DNA of 64,000 nt, from positions 64,001-128,000 of the forward strand of contig JAVRCJ020000005.1 of NCBI GenBank assembly GCA_034530875.2, read 5' to 3'. The notes beneath the pieces are model-generated. The model was given only the letters and a program-made list of their open reading frames with translations, had not been told where the DNA came from and made no database searches. Positions within the stretch are counted from its first letter, which is position 1; every line of letters begins with the position of its first letter. Shown here piece by piece: positions 61,189 through 64,000 of the stretch. The translations under genes were made by a program, and so were the position numbers. This stretch comes from Nostoc sp. DedSLP01. Its GTDB lineage: Bacteria > Cyanobacteriota > Cyanobacteriia > Cyanobacteriales > Nostocaceae.

Positions 61189-62424
61189 ATGTTTGGAAGT
61201 AAAAATTCCTCAAAATTATCTTTGAAGACAGATGATTGGGCATCCTCATCTTTCAATAAATCCCAAGAATTAGTATCTCTTGTTAATAATTCAAATTCTT
61301 TTGATTCTGAGGTTCCGACTTTTAGTAGTAAGAGTTCTTCACTACCACAAGAGTCTGCGGTGGTGTCAGCAAATCCCAATCCGAATCCTTACTTAACCAG
61401 TGCAGCGATTGTCCCCGATTTTAATGGTGATGGCAAAACAGATAAACTTTGGGTTAATACCCAAACTGGTGAAATTATTGTTCGCCTAATGGATGGAACC
61501 AGAGTTATCGAACAGGGTTCTTTGGGTCAATTCGATCTAAACTCTTGGACTTATAATATTGCCGATTTCAACGCTGATGGCAAGACAGACTTCCTTTTGC
61601 GTAATCAAGTAACTGGTGAGAATAGTATTGTATTAATGGATGGTACAAGAGTTGCTAATGCAGCTTCTTTAACCAACGTTGATGCAGCTTGGACTTCTAA
61701 AATTGGCGATTTCGATGGCGATCGCAAAACCGATATTTTTTGGCATAACAATCAAACTGGCGAAAATGCGATTTGGTTAGTCCAAGATACAACAGTTGTA
61801 AATGCAACTGTTCTAGACACAAAAGACCCAGCGCTAACTGCTAGCATTGTTGATTTCGATGCCAACGGCAAGAGTGACATCTTCTGGCGCAATGAGACAA
61901 CCGGCGAGAACAGCGTTTGGTTTATGGATGGTGTTCAAAAGAGTGAGTTTAGCCTGCAATCACAAGAAGCAGGCTGGACTTATCAAGTCGGCGATTTCAA
62001 CGGTGACCTATGCACTGACCTGCTGTGGAGAAAGGCCGAAACAGGTGAAGCCAAGGTTTGGACAGTCAGAGGTATCTTAGTCACAGAAGGTGCTTTGGGA
62101 ACAAAAGACTCTTCTTGGACTTCTCAAATTGGTGATTTCAATGGTGATGGTAAGACCGACATCTTCTGGCACAATGGAACCACAGGTGAGAACACTGCTT
62201 GGTTGATGGATGGTACAAACGTTGCAACTGAAGCCTTCCTACCGAGCAATAGTGCATCTCTAACCCCATCCCTTGGCGATTACAATGGTGATGGCAAGAC
62301 CGACATCTACTGGCGCGATCAAGCAACAGCCGCAGACAACATCTGGACTATCGATGGCACAACCGCTGTTGAGACTCCGATCGGCGACGCAGATAAGCTG
62401 GGCCCAGAGTGGTATACGTTCTAA
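61189..62424 (+). CDS. FG-GAP/VCBS repeat protein
   Basis: Seven DFNGDGKTD(I/L)(F/L)W-type repeats. Confidence 0.9.
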   Translation: MFGSKNSSKLSLKTDDWASSSFNKSQELVSLVNNSNSFDSEVPTFSSKSSSLPQESAVVSANPNPNPYLTSAAIVPDFNGDGKTDKLWVNTQTGEIIVRLMDGTRVIEQGSLGQFDLNSWTYNIADFNADGKTDFLLRNQVTGENSIVLMDGTRVANAASLTNVDAAWTSKIGDFDGDRKTDIFWHNNQTGENAIWLVQDTTVVNATVLDTKDPALTASIVDFDANGKSDIFWRNETTGENSVWFMDGVQKSEFSLQSQEAGWTYQVGDFNGDLCTDLLWRKAETGEAKVWTVRGILVTEGALGTKDSSWTSQIGDFNGDGKTDIFWHNGTTGENTAWLMDGTNVATEAFLPSNSASLTPSLGDYNGDGKTDIYWRDQATAADNIWTIDGTTAVETPIGDADKLGPEWYTF

Positions 62425-62425
62425 A

Positions 62426-62605
62426 GAATTCTGAATTCTGAATTCTGAATTCTGAATTCTGAAGTGAGGACACAGGGGCATTGGGTATGGGGAGATGGGG
62501 GAGTAAGGGAAGAGAGGGGAGTGTGGGGGGAAAGATTTCTTCCCCATCCTCCCACACCCCCCACACCTCCCCATACCCAATGCCCCATGCCCCATGCCCC
62601 ATGCC
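62426..62605. repeat. STRR cluster: (GAATTCT)5 and (CCCCATG)n with an inverted partner
   Basis: gaattct x5 at 62426-62460; gggcattgggtatgggg...ccccatacccaatgccccatgcccc. Confidence 0.85.
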
Positions 62606-62618
62606 TAATACCTGTTCA

Positions 62619-63386
62619 TCAAAACTTGTAACTTAAAACCTGAATTTCTCCATTCTCTGGCAATTTATCGGCAGTAATGGAAATAGTATCTCCACTGTTA
62701 CGTCGCACTGTCATACCTTGCATTAAGGTGAGAAAATCATCGAGTGGCGAAATGTCACATGCAGCAGGATCGGCAGCCTGTGTCCGGTAATGGGTGGGAA
62801 TTACTAGCTTGGGATTTAATACTTCAACAGCCTGCTTTGCTTCTTGAGCATTGTAGGCTTTTGCACTGCCTCCCACCGGAATAAAAGCTACATCGGGACG
62901 ACCCATGAGAATTTTTTGCTCAATGGAAATCGGTGCAGCAGCGCCGCCTAAGTGCAGGATATTAATTCCGCCTTGTTTCCAACTCCAAGCGGTATTAATG
63001 CCAAACTGCTTACCACCTTTGCGATCGTGGTCTATGGCAATTCCTTGAAACTTAATACCTTTGAACTCGTAAACTCCCGGTTCGTAGATCAATTTTGCAT
63101 TTGCAGGTAGTACGTCTACAGCACCTTCATCGAGCAATTGGCTACTAATCAGTACTAAATCTGCCGTAACTTTTGGTACGCGATACCCGGCAGTACACCC
63201 GATCGCTCGAAATGGGTTAACGAGAATTTTAGTACCGCTACCACTTAAAAGGAAGCAAGTATGACCCAACCACTTAACTGATAAACCACTAGACTGTGCG
63301 TCAGCTTGAAGGTGGGAACCTAAGGTAGTAACTGAAGCTGTGACCAAACCTGCCCCAGCGTAGCCCATGAACTGTCGTCGTTTCAT
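62619..63386 (-). CDS. Tat-exported MBL-fold hydrolase-like protein
   Basis: MKRRQFM twin-arginine signal; WLGHTCF, IPVGG, VIPTHY; canonical HxHxDH is degenerate. Confidence 0.85.
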   Translation of the reverse strand: MKRRQFMGYAGAGLVTASVTTLGSHLQADAQSSGLSVKWLGHTCFLLSGSGTKILVNPFRAIGCTAGYRVPKVTADLVLISSQLLDEGAVDVLPANAKLIYEPGVYEFKGIKFQGIAIDHDRKGGKQFGINTAWSWKQGGINILHLGGAAAPISIEQKILMGRPDVAFIPVGGSAKAYNAQEAKQAVEVLNPKLVIPTHYRTQAADPAACDISPLDDFLTLMQGMTVRRNSGDTISITADKLPENGEIQVLSYKF

Positions 63387-63392
63387 TAATAA

Positions 63393-63992
63393 TTAAGCTC
63401 TCGACTGTAACTGTTGGAGAAAGTTCCGCAATAGCTGTTTTCCTGATGTTGTCAACACGCTCTCTGGATGAAACTGGACACCCTCAATCTGAGGATAGTT
63501 CCGGTGTCGTACTCCCATAATTGTGCCATCTTCAACCCAAGCGGTGATTTCTAGCACATCAGGGCAGGTTTCGCGTTCGATGACTAAACTATGATACCTG
63601 GTAGCGGTAAGCGGATTTTCTAATCCTTGGAAAACTCCCACCCCTGTATGAGACACCTGAGAAGTTTTGCCATGCATCAACTCTGGAGCAGAGACTATTT
63701 TACCACCGAACACTTGACCGATACTTTGATGCCCTAAACAGACGCCTAAAATTGGCAACTCTTGTCCTAGTTGCTCAATTAACTCTAGAGAAATACCCGC
63801 ATCTTCTGGGCGGCCAGGGCCGGGAGAAATAACCACAGCTTGGGGCTTTAATGCCCGAATTTCATCTATAGATATTTTGTCGTTACGAAAAACTTTAATA
63901 TCAGCTGCTACTGGGAACTCGGCTGCCAACTCTCCCAGATACTGCACCAGATTATATGTAAAACTATCGTAGTTATCAATGACTATCAACAT
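63393..63992 (-). CDS. trpG: Anthranilate/aminodeoxychorismate synthase component II (glutamine amidotransferase)
   Basis: [34 protein letters not shown]. Confidence 0.9.
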   Translation of the reverse strand: MLIVIDNYDSFTYNLVQYLGELAAEFPVAADIKVFRNDKISIDEIRALKPQAVVISPGPGRPEDAGISLELIEQLGQELPILGVCLGHQSIGQVFGGKIVSAPELMHGKTSQVSHTGVGVFQGLENPLTATRYHSLVIERETCPDVLEITAWVEDGTIMGVRHRNYPQIEGVQFHPESVLTTSGKQLLRNFLQQLQSRA

Positions 63993-64000
63993 AAATAAGG

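Noticed and set aside
62260..62602. ORFs of 111 and 84 aa (MGHGA…, QNSEFRI repeats)
   Set aside because: Translations of STRR heptamer arrays, not real genes

Overview
This window is chromosomal DNA from a filamentous, probably heterocyst-forming (Nostocales-type) cyanobacterium. Supporting evidence: dense HIP1 (GCGATCGC) sites, heptamer tandem repeats (STRR-like), SDR/REP-like small repeats, and photosynthesis genes (chlP, psbB, psbT, ndhP, ftsH). The core backbone includes cysA, rpsA, peptide ABC transporter genes, an RND efflux pair, a beta-CASP nuclease, two tandem Ser/Thr kinases, tRNA-Asp, gltX, ftsH, pepP and a trpG/pabA-type gene. Four accessory patches interrupt it. (1) At 0.8-2.3 kb is a decayed defence strip: an HsdS-like 3' remnant starting at a HIP1 site, a duplicated tail bracketing a Uma2 gene, and toxin-antitoxin debris. 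(2) At 18.4-23.5 kb is a locus with a small membrane protein divergent from a (wHTH)-STAND ATPase and a Gly-repeat multi-TM STAND ATPase, with 10-bp-phased GTAGG motifs in the shared promoter region. This is my best candidate for an undescribed system. (3) At 49.4-53.6 kb is an AT-rich island bounded by ~60-bp direct repeats starting at the gltX stop codon; two adjacent genes in it share a homologous N-terminal helical domain. (4) At 56.6-58.3 kb are a solitary HEPN gene and a GUN4-domain pseudogene. I saw no CRISPR array, rRNA, integrase or intact transposase. All family calls come from motif recognition by eye, not from database searches.
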